Shown: one piece after another, positions 11,558 through 22,964 of the stretch
Layout: every line of letters begins with the position of its first letter
Position numbering within the stretch: the first letter of the stretch is position 1
Assembly: GCA_977017645.1 (NCBI GenBank)
Contig: OZ360227.1
Span: 129,270,001-129,334,000, forward strand
Length of the DNA: 64,000 nucleotides
Reading direction: 5' to 3'
DNA from: Torpedo marmorata
Lineage: Eukaryota
Position numbers and translations under genes: made by a program
Notes under the pieces: generated by a model
The model's database searches: none
Seen by the model: the letters and a program-made list of their open reading frames with translations, nothing else
Told to the model about the DNA's origin: nothing

Positions 11558-11796
11558 AAGCACTACATTTGCATTTTTCCTCAGCAAGATGTCCTTCGTG
11601 TACCTTCTGGAGCATTTCCTTGCGTAGCAACACTGGAATCACAAACCTGTTCCCTTTGAAGACCATATCTTTCACAACTGACAGTTCATCCCTGCAAGCC
11701 CAATAATCCCAAATACCCATTGGACAGTCATTCTTAGCTGCTGGCCATCCTTTCTGTATTATTTCTTTGAGTTCTTTCATTGTTTCATCTGTCTCT

Positions 11797-12399
11797 AGGC
11801 CCTTTTATAGTGCAAAAAAAGCGATTGTAAAGACAGAACATTTCTGTCTTTAAGTCGCTTCACTTACCTCCATAAAAGGTTTGATGGCGTATTGGCCAGT
11901 TGAACTCCGATCCGCCTCGTGGGGTACACACAGAGGTGGAGTGAATCGCTCCACCTCCTCCATAAAATGAATGCCATTGAAAGCGGCTGCAAAGGGGAGG
12001 GCTGATGACGTTGCGATGATGCTGTCAGCCCGCGACCCAGGAGCGCAAATTTTTTAAATAACATATGGTTAATAGAGGCTATTATGCTGCACAGGAGATC
12101 TGCCTGAGTCCTAAGACTGCCTGCACAGATCTCCACCAGCGTTCTTACCTGCTCTTTGGTCGCCATTTTCGGGTATAGGCCGCTTTCCCTTCTCGGTGCG
12201 TATGTTTGACGTCATGGTGGCGGGCGGCGCTACTGCACCACTCACCCCGCCTCCCTCAGATCGGGAAGTCGGCTCTCAACGAAGCTCAGCATAAAGGCAA
12301 CGGTGGATACGCCATATAGGTCGTCACCATAAAAAGTAATTTCACCTTTTGTTTTTACTTGAGCCGGATTTATTGCAGTGTTTAAGCATAAAAAGGGTT
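11797..12399. mobile_element. Non-autonomous DNA transposon (PIF/Harbinger-like MITE) inserted in Gypsy pol
   Basis: Interrupts the host reading QIRKTT/ETDETMKE. Imperfect terminal inverted repeats (TIRs) GGCCCTTTTATAGTGCAA ... TTGCAGTG(n8)TAAAAAGGGTT. Apparent 3-bp TSD TCT. Confidence 0.6.
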
Positions 12400-15050
12400 T
12401 CTGTTGTTTTCCTGATCTGCTCTGTTCTATCCCGGGATACTGGAAATGAGGTGATAATTATGTCAACATAGGCCTGAATCCTGCATTAACCTCTTGGTCA
12501 CTCTTTTCTTTCTTGTCAACTGCTCGAGACAGTGCATCAGCTGCAAATGTATTTTCCTGGCGTGTAGATCATTTTCACATCGTATTTCTGCAGCCTTATC
12601 AACATGCGCTGTACGCTCATGGGACAGTCATTCAGTGGTTTGGACATAATTGAGACTAGTGGTTTATGGTCTGTCTCCACTTCAAGAGCTTGTCCATAAA
12701 TGTATTGATGGAACCTTTCGCATGCATAAGTGCTGGCAAGAAGCTCTTTCTCTATCTGTGCATAGTTGGCTTCTGCATTTGTTAAAGCCCTTGATGCATA
12801 GGCCACAGGTTGCCATGTGTCCTCATGTTGCTGCAGTAGTACTGCACCAAGGCCATGTCGGGATGCATCAGTCGAGATCCTGGTGCGTCTATCCGGATCA
12901 TAAAATGTTAGTACAGGCTCTTCTGTTAGGACTTTTTTGAGTGCCTGGAAGTACTCTTCTTGCTCGTGCGACCAGATCCACTCATTTTTCTGCTCAAGGA
13001 GTGACCTAAGTGGTGCTGACACAGTTGACAGATGAGTGATGAACTTAGCCAGGTAAGTCACCATCCCCAAGAAACGTCTCACCTCCTCTTTGTTTTGGGG
13101 CCTCACAAAATTCTCAATGGCTGATGTCTTTCTTGGATCAGGCTTCACTCCCTGTTCAGATTTGACATCTCCTATGAAGGTCAGTGTCTTTTCGCCAAAC
13201 TCACATTTCTCTTTATTTAATTTCAAATTGACATTCCGTGTCATGTCAAGCACCTGCCTTTGTCGCGTATCATGTTCATTCTTGGTGGACCCCCATACAA
13301 TGATGTCATCCATCATGGTCTCAACTCCATGTGGATGGTTTTATGGTCGACTTCTGGTGCGGACAAGATCCCATATGGTAGCCAAAGAAAGCAGTATCTT
13401 CCTTGTGGAGTATTGAAAGTGCATAGTCTCGAACTTGCCTCATCGAGCTTCATCTACCAAAACCCCAATGACGCGTTGAGCTTGCTAAACCACTTGGCAC
13501 CAGCAAACCGGGTCATGATTTCCTCCCATGTCGGCAATTTAAAATGCTCTCTCTTGATGGCTTTATTGAGATCTCTTGGATCCAGACATATACGCAATGC
13601 TCAATTTTTCTTTTGCACGATGACCAGTGAGCTAATCCAATCTGTAGGTTCTTCAATTTTCTGTATGACTTTCATCCGTTCCATGCATGCTAGTTCTTGT
13701 TTAAGTTTGTCTCTAAGTGGAAACGGAACTTTCCTGCATGCATGGACAACAGGATCCATTGTCTCATCTACGTGGATCTTGTGTACGCCAGGTAAACATC
13801 CAAGCCCTTCAAAGACATCTGTGTACTCTTCCATGAGTGTTGTGTGCTTATCTTCAATCTATGAAGCCACTATGAAAACTCTTTTCACCAGGTTGAGCTC
13901 TTCACATGCACTCAGACCTAATATTGGCTGTACTCTCTTTTCTACAATCAGTAGCTGTGACTTTAGATGCCGCCCTTTGTGTTTGAAGATCACCATACAG
14001 CCCCCTTTTACTGGAACGTTCTCTCCAGTGTAGCCTGTCACTTTTAATTTCACTGGATAAATCTTGCTCTTTACGGTGAGCGTCTTGTAATCGTCCATAG
14101 ATAACAGATTCACCTGGGCTCCGGTGTCGAGCTTAAATGGAATTACTGTCTCATTCACAATCACTGGAACGATCCATTCCGTTTTGCCAGCAGCAGCAGT
14201 CTGTAGTGAATCCACGAAGAATTCCTCCATTTCTTCGTCCACTGTGTGCATCTTTCTCTTGGTAGCCCCTGCTCTGCAGCACTTTGCAAAATGATTCTTC
14301 CTCCCACATTTATTGCAGGACTTTCCATAGGCAGGACATGTCTTTGGAATATGTCTACCTCCGCACCTGCTGCATTTGCTGTTTGAGCCTACCACTTTGT
14401 TTTGCTGTAGCTTTGGGAAACTCCTGGTGCTCTGCTTCTTTGTTTTTACCACATGCATTGTTGTGTCTATCCTGTGCAGCTCCTTAGCTTGTGCTCGTGT
14501 GGTCTCTGCTGCCCTACTCATATTCACAGCCTTTTCCAGTGTCAAATCTTTTTCACGCAACAATCTTTCTCTAAGCCCATTATCTGGGATTCCGCAAACT
14601 ATTCTGTCTCTAATGAGTGAGTTTTTCAAATCTCCAAATTCACAGGACTTACTCAGTGTGTGAAGCTCGGCTAAGTTTTGGTCAAAGCTCATACCTTGTT
14701 TCTGGTCACAGGAGAAAAACGAATCTCTCAAACATGACATTTTTACTTGGAACAAAATACTCCTCAAATTTTGTCATCAGAGTGTCCAATGTGAAAGCTG
14801 TCTCATCAATTTGAAAACTGTTATAGATGTCCAAGGCATCTTCACCCATCACGTGTAGAAATATAGATGCTTTCTGTTTTTCATCGGTCTCTCCCGCTCC
14901 ACCAGCCTCTAAATAAATGTTGGATCGCTGTTTAAAGCGTTTCCAATTATCGGTTAGATTGCCGGTAAACTGCATCAGTGTGGGAGGACTTAACTTATCC
15001 ATGACGGGAACTATTGTCTTTTCTTACTTACTCACACACTTCTAACACCA

Positions 15051-15235
15051 TGTTATTTTTGTTCCTTGAAGAAGAACAACCTTGCGTGGTTTTAACGCTT
15101 AAACAACTTTATTTTTCCAGCTGCTTGAACCAACAACACACTCGACTTCTGTCGCAGTCTACTTTTTGTTCCCGCGCCAACCGCATACAATGCCTACTGA
15201 GAAATGTAGTTCTTTATTATACACGCATAATAACA
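15051..15235 (-). repeat. 5' LTR of Steamer-like element
   Basis: Direct repeat of 7808..7992, followed on the sense strand by the tRNA-Leu-type PBS (15050..15037). Confidence 0.93.
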
Positions 15236-15364
15236 GTGCTTAGAGAATTCATTTTCTAGGGATTGCAGACATCTGTTCAAGTTCTAAATTTGTTCAATTT
15301 ACATATCAATAATGTGCCACCAACTTAAATAACAAAAACTGCAAGTAACAGGCCTCAATTTTCC

Positions 15365-15830
15365 CTGAGCCTGAGTAGACTAAGTGATGACATTGGAATG
15401 ATGGTCAATTATCTTCAGCTCCGCAAAGCTCCACCATACTTTGCCGTTGCCATGCGAGTGCAAAGACAGAACTGAACATTCCACTGAATGGCCAAAGGCT
15501 AATGTTTGAAATACACCTATTTTGTCTTGGCATGACCCTAACAATGAATATCACCAAGTCAAGTCAAGTCAACAACCTTATCAACAAGCTACCAGGCTCT
15601 AAGGACCTCTCTCCTTGTCATCTACACTAGAAGAGAGATAAGGAAAGATCCTCATTGAGATTGGTAGTGGTTTGGAGCTCCCACTGAGTTCAATGTGGAT
15701 TCAGTATTTGCACATTAAACCTGTGATTGTGCAACTCAACTCTACAGTGGACACTGTCACAAGAACTTTCAAACCAACTCCTCTTCATTGATTCCCAGTG
15801 ACACCAAATGCTATCCTCATATGTCATTGA
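15365..15830 (+). mobile_element. Highly degenerate Vingi/Ingi-like LINE RT relic
   Basis: Fragmentary translations ELNIPLNGQRL, NNLINKLPGS and VQLNST...FKPTPLH resemble the post-RT region of Vingi-like elements. Confidence 0.4.
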
Positions 15831-15833
15831 CAC

Positions 15834-17118
15834 AAACAGTATATCATCTCTCATCTACCTTAATTATCAGTGCAAGAGAGCTCAAAGATTTGAGCAGCGA
15901 CTGGTTTCCCTCAGTCCAGGGTTTAGTCAATTGGAACAACATGAAGAAAACTGCCATCAGAGGGCAGTATTGGTCTGGAACCCATTGCAGAAATCCTTAC
16001 TACTTTTGAAAGTTACTTGGATGTGTACTTGAGAGCCATGCCCTGCATGGCTACAGAACAGATCAAGTGTTACGACGGTGGGAACAGGTTGGGTACGCTC
16101 CTTTTCAGCTGGCATGAACACAATGAGACAAATGTCATCCTTCTGTCTCATGAATTTTCCAAAGCTCTATGACAACAATAAGTGAAGCAAATGGGAACCA
16201 CTTTTGCTGGGCTGAGATCGTCAGTGTGTTTTCAGTCGTTGAAATATCTTTGAGTCAGTCTTCTGTGTATGTGTCACTGAAATCCAAGACCTGCTGAGTG
16301 ATAGATGGTTCCATCTCCATCACTGCGCTCTATCATTGAATTCTACATGCCAGGATTTCCCAGCATTTTTCTGGGGAATTGACTCTCTGTTAAGTTAGAC
16401 CTGGGTGTTGTACACATTTTTCTACATGTCTACCTTGGACAGAGCCTATGTTAACCTTCTATGTGTTATTCCAGTTTGCTGCACCAGTGGCTGGGTGTAG
16501 TAAGTAAGGTGAAGTAATTCTAAAAATATCTTTACATTATGTTATTGTTCTTATTTATTTTTGTGTCTTTATACAGTAATTTGATTGTAAGACTTTTAAA
16601 ATAATGTTCTCTGTTTTAATAACCTTCAAATGTCTTTGAGTATTAGAGATGTATAAAAACTTTGAAAGCCTTTTCTAGAAACTAGAATCCTGTGCTATGT
16701 CACCTGAGGCTCAGTTAGCATTGTCACTCTATTGCCAAACCCAAAGCTCAAAAGATCAGCATAAACAATCCTTTGTGTTTCGACCACAGTCACATTTTTG
16801 ATTGATCAGGATCTTGTACTTCTCCCAGAAGGTTGTTCTCGACTTCTGCTGTCCACTGGGCCAAGCCTTATAGTCCCTTAACCCTTAACTTTTTTTGCCA
16901 TCAGTTTATTCTAGTCTGCTCCAAGGATACAACAGCATTTCTCTGTCAGCAGTGTAGAGCTCCATTAAACAGGTAACTAGTATTCTGTGTAGCAGGACTA
17001 AACAGTATATCATCTCTCATCGACCTTAATTATCAGTGCAAGAGAGCTCAAGGATTTGCAGCAGTGACTGGTTTCCCTCAGTCCAGGGTTTAGTCAATTA
17101 GTACAACATGAAGAAAAC
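15834..17118 (+). repeat. Dispersed ~118-bp direct repeat (15834..15951 and 17000..17118)
   Basis: AAACAGTATATCATCTCTCAT...CAACATGAAGAAAAC occurs twice with about 6 differences. Confidence 0.9.
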
Positions 17119-17131
17119 AGAGCACGACTGG

Positions 17132-17449
17132 ATCAGAATCAGAATCAGCATTTATTGTCATGAACAAGTCATGAAATTCGGTGTTTTGCGGCAGCATCAT
17201 AGTGCAAACATTCATATTATAACCATCTTACGACATTACTACATAAAAAAAAAATAATAATAGTGCACGAAAAGTAAGGCAGTGTCTTTGGTTCATTGAT
17301 TATTCAGGAATCTGATGGCAGTGGGGAAGAAGCTGTCCTTGTGCCTTTGAGTGCTCGTCTTTAGGCTCCTGTACCTTTTTCCCGATGGTAGCAGATTGAA
17401 GAGGGCATGGCCTGGGTGGTGGGGGTCTTTGAGGACAGAGGCTGCTTTT
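17132..17449 (-). mobile_element. Rex1/Babar 3' fragment (same family as 9955..11557)
   Basis: Near-identical to 9955-10270; [23 protein letters not shown]; (ATTCTG)n tail. Confidence 0.9.
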
Positions 17450-17737
17450 TTTTTTACACACAAAATAAAACTTAATAAGTTTCCCACAAATCACAATAGA
17501 ATTTCAATTGTTTTGAAAGAGTAGAACACTGATGAAATCCGCTAAGACATTTTCTGATAGTGTGGACGGCATAAGTAATTCTTCGCTGAAGATGGAATAA
17601 AAAGGCCTCTTCCCCACTAAGGAATAACTCAGCAGTCAGTCCAATGGGAGTGAAATAATTTTTAAAAAGTAAAAACAAAATTTAAAAGGGAAAAGCAAAC
17701 CTGTAATAGTAACCAGATATTTAGGATGCAAGACATT

Positions 17738-19208
17738 TAAGTTCAAGTTGATTTATCATCCAATTGTACAAGTACAACCCAACGAAAAAGCGTTCTCCAG
17801 TCCTCAGTGCAAAACACTGCAAACACACATACAGACATAGCACACATACAGACAAATGATATATATGCGCAATACGTATATACAAATATTAAAATAAATA
17901 AATATTGTTAAATAAATAGTAGAGTCACAGAGGGTTAGTATGAGCAGTTCATCAGTCGTTCAGTGTGGGAAGAAACTTTTTCTCACCCTGGTGGTTCTGG
18001 CTCTGAGACTCCTGTATCTCTTTCCCAACGGGAATAGCTGGAAGATGCTGTGTGCAGGGTGGTAAGGGTCCTCAAAGATTTTGCGACAACAATCTCGGTA
18101 AATCCCATCGATGGGGGGTGGGGGGGAGGGGGGAGGGGGAGGGGGACCCCAGTGATCTTCTCTACTGCCCTTATAGTCCTGTGGATTGACCTCTGATCCA
18201 ATGCTCTTCAGCACACTGTAATGTAGCCAGCCAGGACGCTCTCAATAGAGCTCGTGTGGAAAGGTGACAGGATGGTGGCCGGTAGCCTTGGCCGCCTCAG
18301 TCTTCTCAGGAAATGCAGTCACTGTTGCGCCTTCCTGATAAGTGAGGAGATGTTGTGTGATCAGGATACGTCACTTCTTAACTGGACTCCAAGGAACTTG
18401 GTACTGCCTGCTCTCTCCACTGCCGAGCTATTAATGTGTAGTGGAGGGTGGTCGACCCTGGTCCTCCTGAATTCCACAATCATCTCCTTTGTCTTCTCCA
18501 TGTTGAGACTGGTTGTTATTCTCGCACCATTTCACGAGATTTTCCACCTCTTCTCTGTAGAACAACTTATCGTTGCTGAAGAGGCCAACTACTGTTGTTT
18601 CATCTGAAAACTTGATGACTCTGTTGGAGCTGGATCTGGCGTTACAGTCATGGGTCTGTAGTGTGAACAAGAGTGGGCTGAGCACACAGCCCTGAGGTGC
18701 ACCAGGGCTCATCGTGACGTTCTGCTGCCAACTCGGACAGACTCTGATCTTTCTGTTAGGAAGCCCAGAATCCAGTTACAGAGGGATGTTAAGTCCCAGT
18801 GAGGACAGCTTCTTCACGAGCCTCTGGGGTATGATCGTATTAAACGCTGAGATGAAGTCAATGAACAGCAGCAGCATGGTGAATGAGGCGTCATGCTCCA
18901 GGTGGGACAGGACCGAGCGGAGGGACAAGGCTATAGCATCATCAGTGGAACAGTTCCATCTATAGGCAAATTGAAATGGGCCAGTGTCTCTGGGAGGTGC
19001 GCTTTGATGTTGTTCCATCACCAGACACTCGAAGCATTTCATAATGGTGGAGGTCATTGCCACTGGGCGGTAGTCATTGAGGCCTGTTATGCTGCCCTCT
19101 TTGGTTCCGGGATAATGGTGGCTGTCTTGAAACCCATGGGGACGATGAACCGCTGCAATGACGTGCTGAAGATGTCCATAAGGACCTCCGTCAGTTGGAC
19201 TGCACAGT
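17738..19208 (-). mobile_element. Degenerate Rex1/Babar-type LINE, second subfamily
   Basis: Frameshifted RT pieces ([38 protein letters not shown]); (CTTGAA)n-like tail at ~17740. Confidence 0.82.
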
Positions 19209-22200
19209 CTTTTATTCCTTAGAATAACATTAGAAACCAGGTAATATAATTAGTGGAAGGAATCCTTCGTGGTCACATATATTTCAATGTCTGATACTGT
19301 TGGGAATAGACAGAAATAAATTCCCTGTATAAAGGAACCTCAGATTCAAACTGAGGGACAAACTGATTAAGGGAAATTTCTTAGTAATTTTCTTATTGAT
19401 TAGCAGAGGACGGATATGTCTAATTTCTGTCTCTTAGTGGTCCCTCCCATGCAGGGATTAAACTCCAACTGGCTTGCTAATGAGTACAAAATGGAGAGCA
19501 AACAATGGAAAATATATACAAAGCTCAAAGAATTTATCATCCTTAAAGATTCCAGATTCAGTTTATTAAGTACACAAAATACAAAGAAAAGTCTTTCCTT
19601 TGTTTGCCCTGTAAAAACACATAAAGAGGCACCATTACACAGTGTCACTATCAAGACAAGAAAGAGAAACCAAGGACAGTCCCTTCAGAGACATAATGTG
19701 CATGGATCCCACTGCCCCCTCCAATGCCATTGCATGCTGTGCCCTTGTAACCTCTGTAGCTGTACAAACTCTTAATGTGTCTAGTTGTGAACCCAAGCTC
19801 GAGGTATCCAAGTCACACCTCCTCAACTCCTGGTAGCATTAGAAATCTGTCAGCACCCAAGGCCCTTCAGAAACCCTGCTCACCATCGCACCCTCATGAA
19901 TCCTGGACCCAATAGCTGGTTCCCAGAAGCCAGCCGCCAGCAGCCTAAGGCCTGGTGTGAGGCCTTCAGCTGCTGAACTCCGAGCCGGAGCTTGGTCTGC
20001 TGCTTCAGTTTTCTATCCTGGTGGGTCTTCTGCAAGGCTTCACATTCTTGACAGTGAGGCGGGGGGCTGGTGGTAGTGAGGGAATGTTCTCCTACTCAGC
20101 TGGCCTGGTCCAATCCGCACCTTCCTTGGAGCTTGCAACCTTCAATATCTGGACTGCCAAACGAGGGAAAATTCAAACCTCAGAGGACATCAATGCATAA
20201 TCCTCCGTGAGCCAAGTTCTACACCAAATTAAACCTGCAAAGAGGGCTGTTAGGCAGAATGGATGTGCAGTAGGACCCCTGTGGAGGAGCACTAAAAGGC
20301 CCTGGCCCCACTCTCAATTCTTCCTTGGTCCGCACCAGCAACATCGCTGCAATTACAGCAGCTACAGCAACACCACTGACTTGATCAAACCCTAATTTAC
20401 GACAAGTAGCAAATGACCCATAAGGGGAAATTGTTCTCTGGAACAAAAATTACGGAATGAGACACAGAAAATGATGGAAGTAATGAGTTGAGTCAAAAAC
20501 AATAGAAGCTAAAGAAATTGATTGATCAATTGATTAATGCAATGAGGAATCAGATGTAAAATTGTACAGCAGCAGAGAAAGAATAAAATAACAGATGTAG
20601 CAATGTGGGAGAAACAGTATGAAGCAGAAGGCCTAATGAATTGTAACTAGACTGGCATGGTATAAAAGTCAAAACAGAAAGTACAGGGAACAATTAACTC
20701 TTCAGGCAGCATCTGTGCAAAAAGAAACAAATTGTTTTTTTTAGGGAGTAGAAGATTTTCTTTGTTATTTCACAAAGCTTTCATGCCAAAGTCTTCCACA
20801 TCTAAATGTCACACATTTAGTCTTGTGCCCCCATTTTTGTCAATTATTTAATTTTGCAACAAGGTGCAAGCAGGTTCGGGACTGTTATACTGTATGTACC
20901 TCCAATAGATGAAGTTCTAAACCAGCAAAAAGACTCCAGCCAGTCACAACATCCCAGCAATGGACTCTGCATGGAATCAAAAGTGGTGTTAAATCAGCTG
21001 GAATTTCCCAGCTCCCACAACTCCAAGGAAGAGTGAAAAGAATAAAGGAAGTTATTTTTGCTCATTTATAATTTCTTATTAATATTTTTTTGTTTATTTG
21101 AAATGTTTTATGTGATTACACTTTCAAAAATGTGCTTGATAAATGTTACATTTTATATAAGGGTTTTTTAAGGTTTTTGTATATCAGGGTAATTCAGAGA
21201 CTTTTCAAAAGCCTGATGACTTTGACAGATGGCAAAGCTGAGACTGGCCTCTCATGCATTTTACCTTAGTTGCACAACCCCCTGATCCAATCCAGGTGGG
21301 TGTGGGGCATTAGGGAACTTGAACAAGCAGGGATGGTGGGCATTATTCAGCAAAATCTAGCATTTCATGTGGATGTACTGAAGGTAAACACAGACAGTAG
21401 AAGCTCTCTTGCACGTTCTTCATCTTCTGTTTGCTGCTTTTCTTGCTGGTTGGCCTTCAATTTTATAAATGAAAAATGACTGAGAAACACTACCCAAAAA
21501 TGAATCAATAGAGTGTCTACTTTACTGATTTAAATTGGCACTTAAGCATTTGACGTGTGTGCTGCTACCCTATTTTAATAGTTGAAATCTAAGCACCCTG
21601 AACAATATTAAGCATTTTGCATAAGCAAATAGGGACCCTATTTTCTGTTTTGTGACTCCTTTTCTGAAACTGACTTGCCTTAAACAAAATGAATGTTGCC
21701 CATGATACATACAAGATAGTCAAATATAAAAATGGTTGGAGAAGCAGTATGTATTAGCAAGATTGTCTCTTTAAGAGGAGGATTATTCTTGTCTTCTTAT
21801 AAATTATGCATCAGTTAGGTAATGAGTGAAGCTGTGCTGGACTTGGCCCATTGCCTGGACTTGCAGCAAATGGCCCCCGCCTGCCTGCACTTGCACCTGG
21901 TCCAGATACAGAGGCTGAGGAAGTCAACTCTTCTTCCCCTACAACCCCCACCCTCCCCCCACTGGAAGTCAAACAGGGAGGCACAGTGAGGCTTCAGCAT
22001 CTAGGTCAGGTGCAAGTGCAGCAGAAACCCTCGACTCCCAGAATATCCTAAAAACTTTTGACAGAAAGCAAGCTGGAGACGAAGCAAAAATGGAAGGCAT
22101 TTGTAACCATTTTTAAATGTCTCTGGTATTCAAGGATATTTGATAGCAAAATTAATAATTTTAAAAACAACAGTTACTTAAAAATATTAATTTAAAACAT

Positions 22201-22504
22201 TTTAAAGTGCTGAACTCCAGCTTTGGAACCGTTTGCCAAATCTAGCATGATTCTACCACCATCCTAATGCAAATTAAATATGAAGCACAATTATTAATTT
22301 TTCAAAGTGCATTTAATTTAAAGTGCACTCTCTTGCTTACCTCTGCCAGCATCAACCATGAACATAAAATGTAAAGCATTTCCAGATATTCAGTGTGTAT
22401 TGTGGGGAATATTCTCAGTTGGCTTACATCAAGAAATAAAGGAAGACAACATAAAAAATACATTGCAGTATGCAAGTATATTGATGTGCAGTGATTGAAA
22501 GCTG

Positions 22505-22964
22505 GGATTAAAAGGCATATTAAGAAAGGCCAATTTTGAGGAAATTAGAAAGGATCTAGAATGCGTGGATTGGGATAAGTTGTTTTCGGGCAAGGATGTG
22601 CGAGGTAAGTGGAAGACCTTCAAAGTTGAAATTTTGAGAGTACAGAGTTTGTATGTTCCAGTCAGGATTAAAGGCAAGGTTAGCAGGCATAGGGAACCTT
22701 GGTTTTTGAGGGATATTGGGGATCTGGTTCAGAAGAAGAGAGAGGTGTATAGCAGGTATAGCCAACATGGAGCAAATGAGGTACTTGAGGAGTATACAAA
22801 TGCAAGAAAAACCTCAAGAAAGATATCAGGAGGCTAAAAGAAGACATGAGTTTGCTTTGGCAGACAATGTGAAGGAAAATCCTAATGGTTTCTAGAGGGA
22901 GATTAAGAGTAAAAGGATAGTAAGGGACAAAATTGGTCCTCTTGAAGATCAGAGTGGTTGGCTT
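22505..22964 (+). mobile_element. CR1-clade LINE ORF2 fragment (endonuclease-RT linker)
   Basis: NFEEIRKDL..VDWDKLFSGKDVRGKWKTFKVEILRVQSLYVP and ENP...IKSKRI..DKIGPL are CR1-like motifs. Confidence 0.75.

Larger units (their letters stand above)
8209..15002 (-). pseudogene. Disrupted gag-pol of Steamer-like element
   Basis: Gag 15002..14706 and 14767..13859 with two zinc knuckles and protease KLDTGA. RT fragments (TMMDDIIVWG). RNase H (TDAS...EKE...TDHKPL). Integrase pieces at ~11780-11560, 9955-9667 and 8800-8209. Multiple frameshifts. Confidence 0.88.
7808..15235 (-). mobile_element. Steamer-like/Mag-clade Gypsy LTR retrotransposon, degenerate, with three nested insertions
   Basis: 185-bp LTRs (7808..7992, 15051..15235; about 16 mismatches by eye). 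5-bp TSD GTGCT (7803-7807 / 15236-15240). PBS TGGTGTTAGAAGTG (tRNA-Leu type). PPT AAAAAAAGGGGAAAGATG. Confidence 0.93.

Noticed and set aside
13290-13320. Non-canonical RT catalytic motif MMDD
   Set aside because: Variation at the first two YxDD positions is common in Mag-clade elements, and this copy is degenerate, with a deletion just upstream.
15834-17118. TRIM-like mini LTR element bounded by the 118-bp repeats
   Set aside because: No TG...CA termini, TSD, PBS or PPT.
22330-22360. Possible minus-strand mini-exon ATGGTTGATGCTGGCAGAG|GTAAGC
   Set aside because: A good donor, but no recognisable protein or partner exons; compatible with chance.
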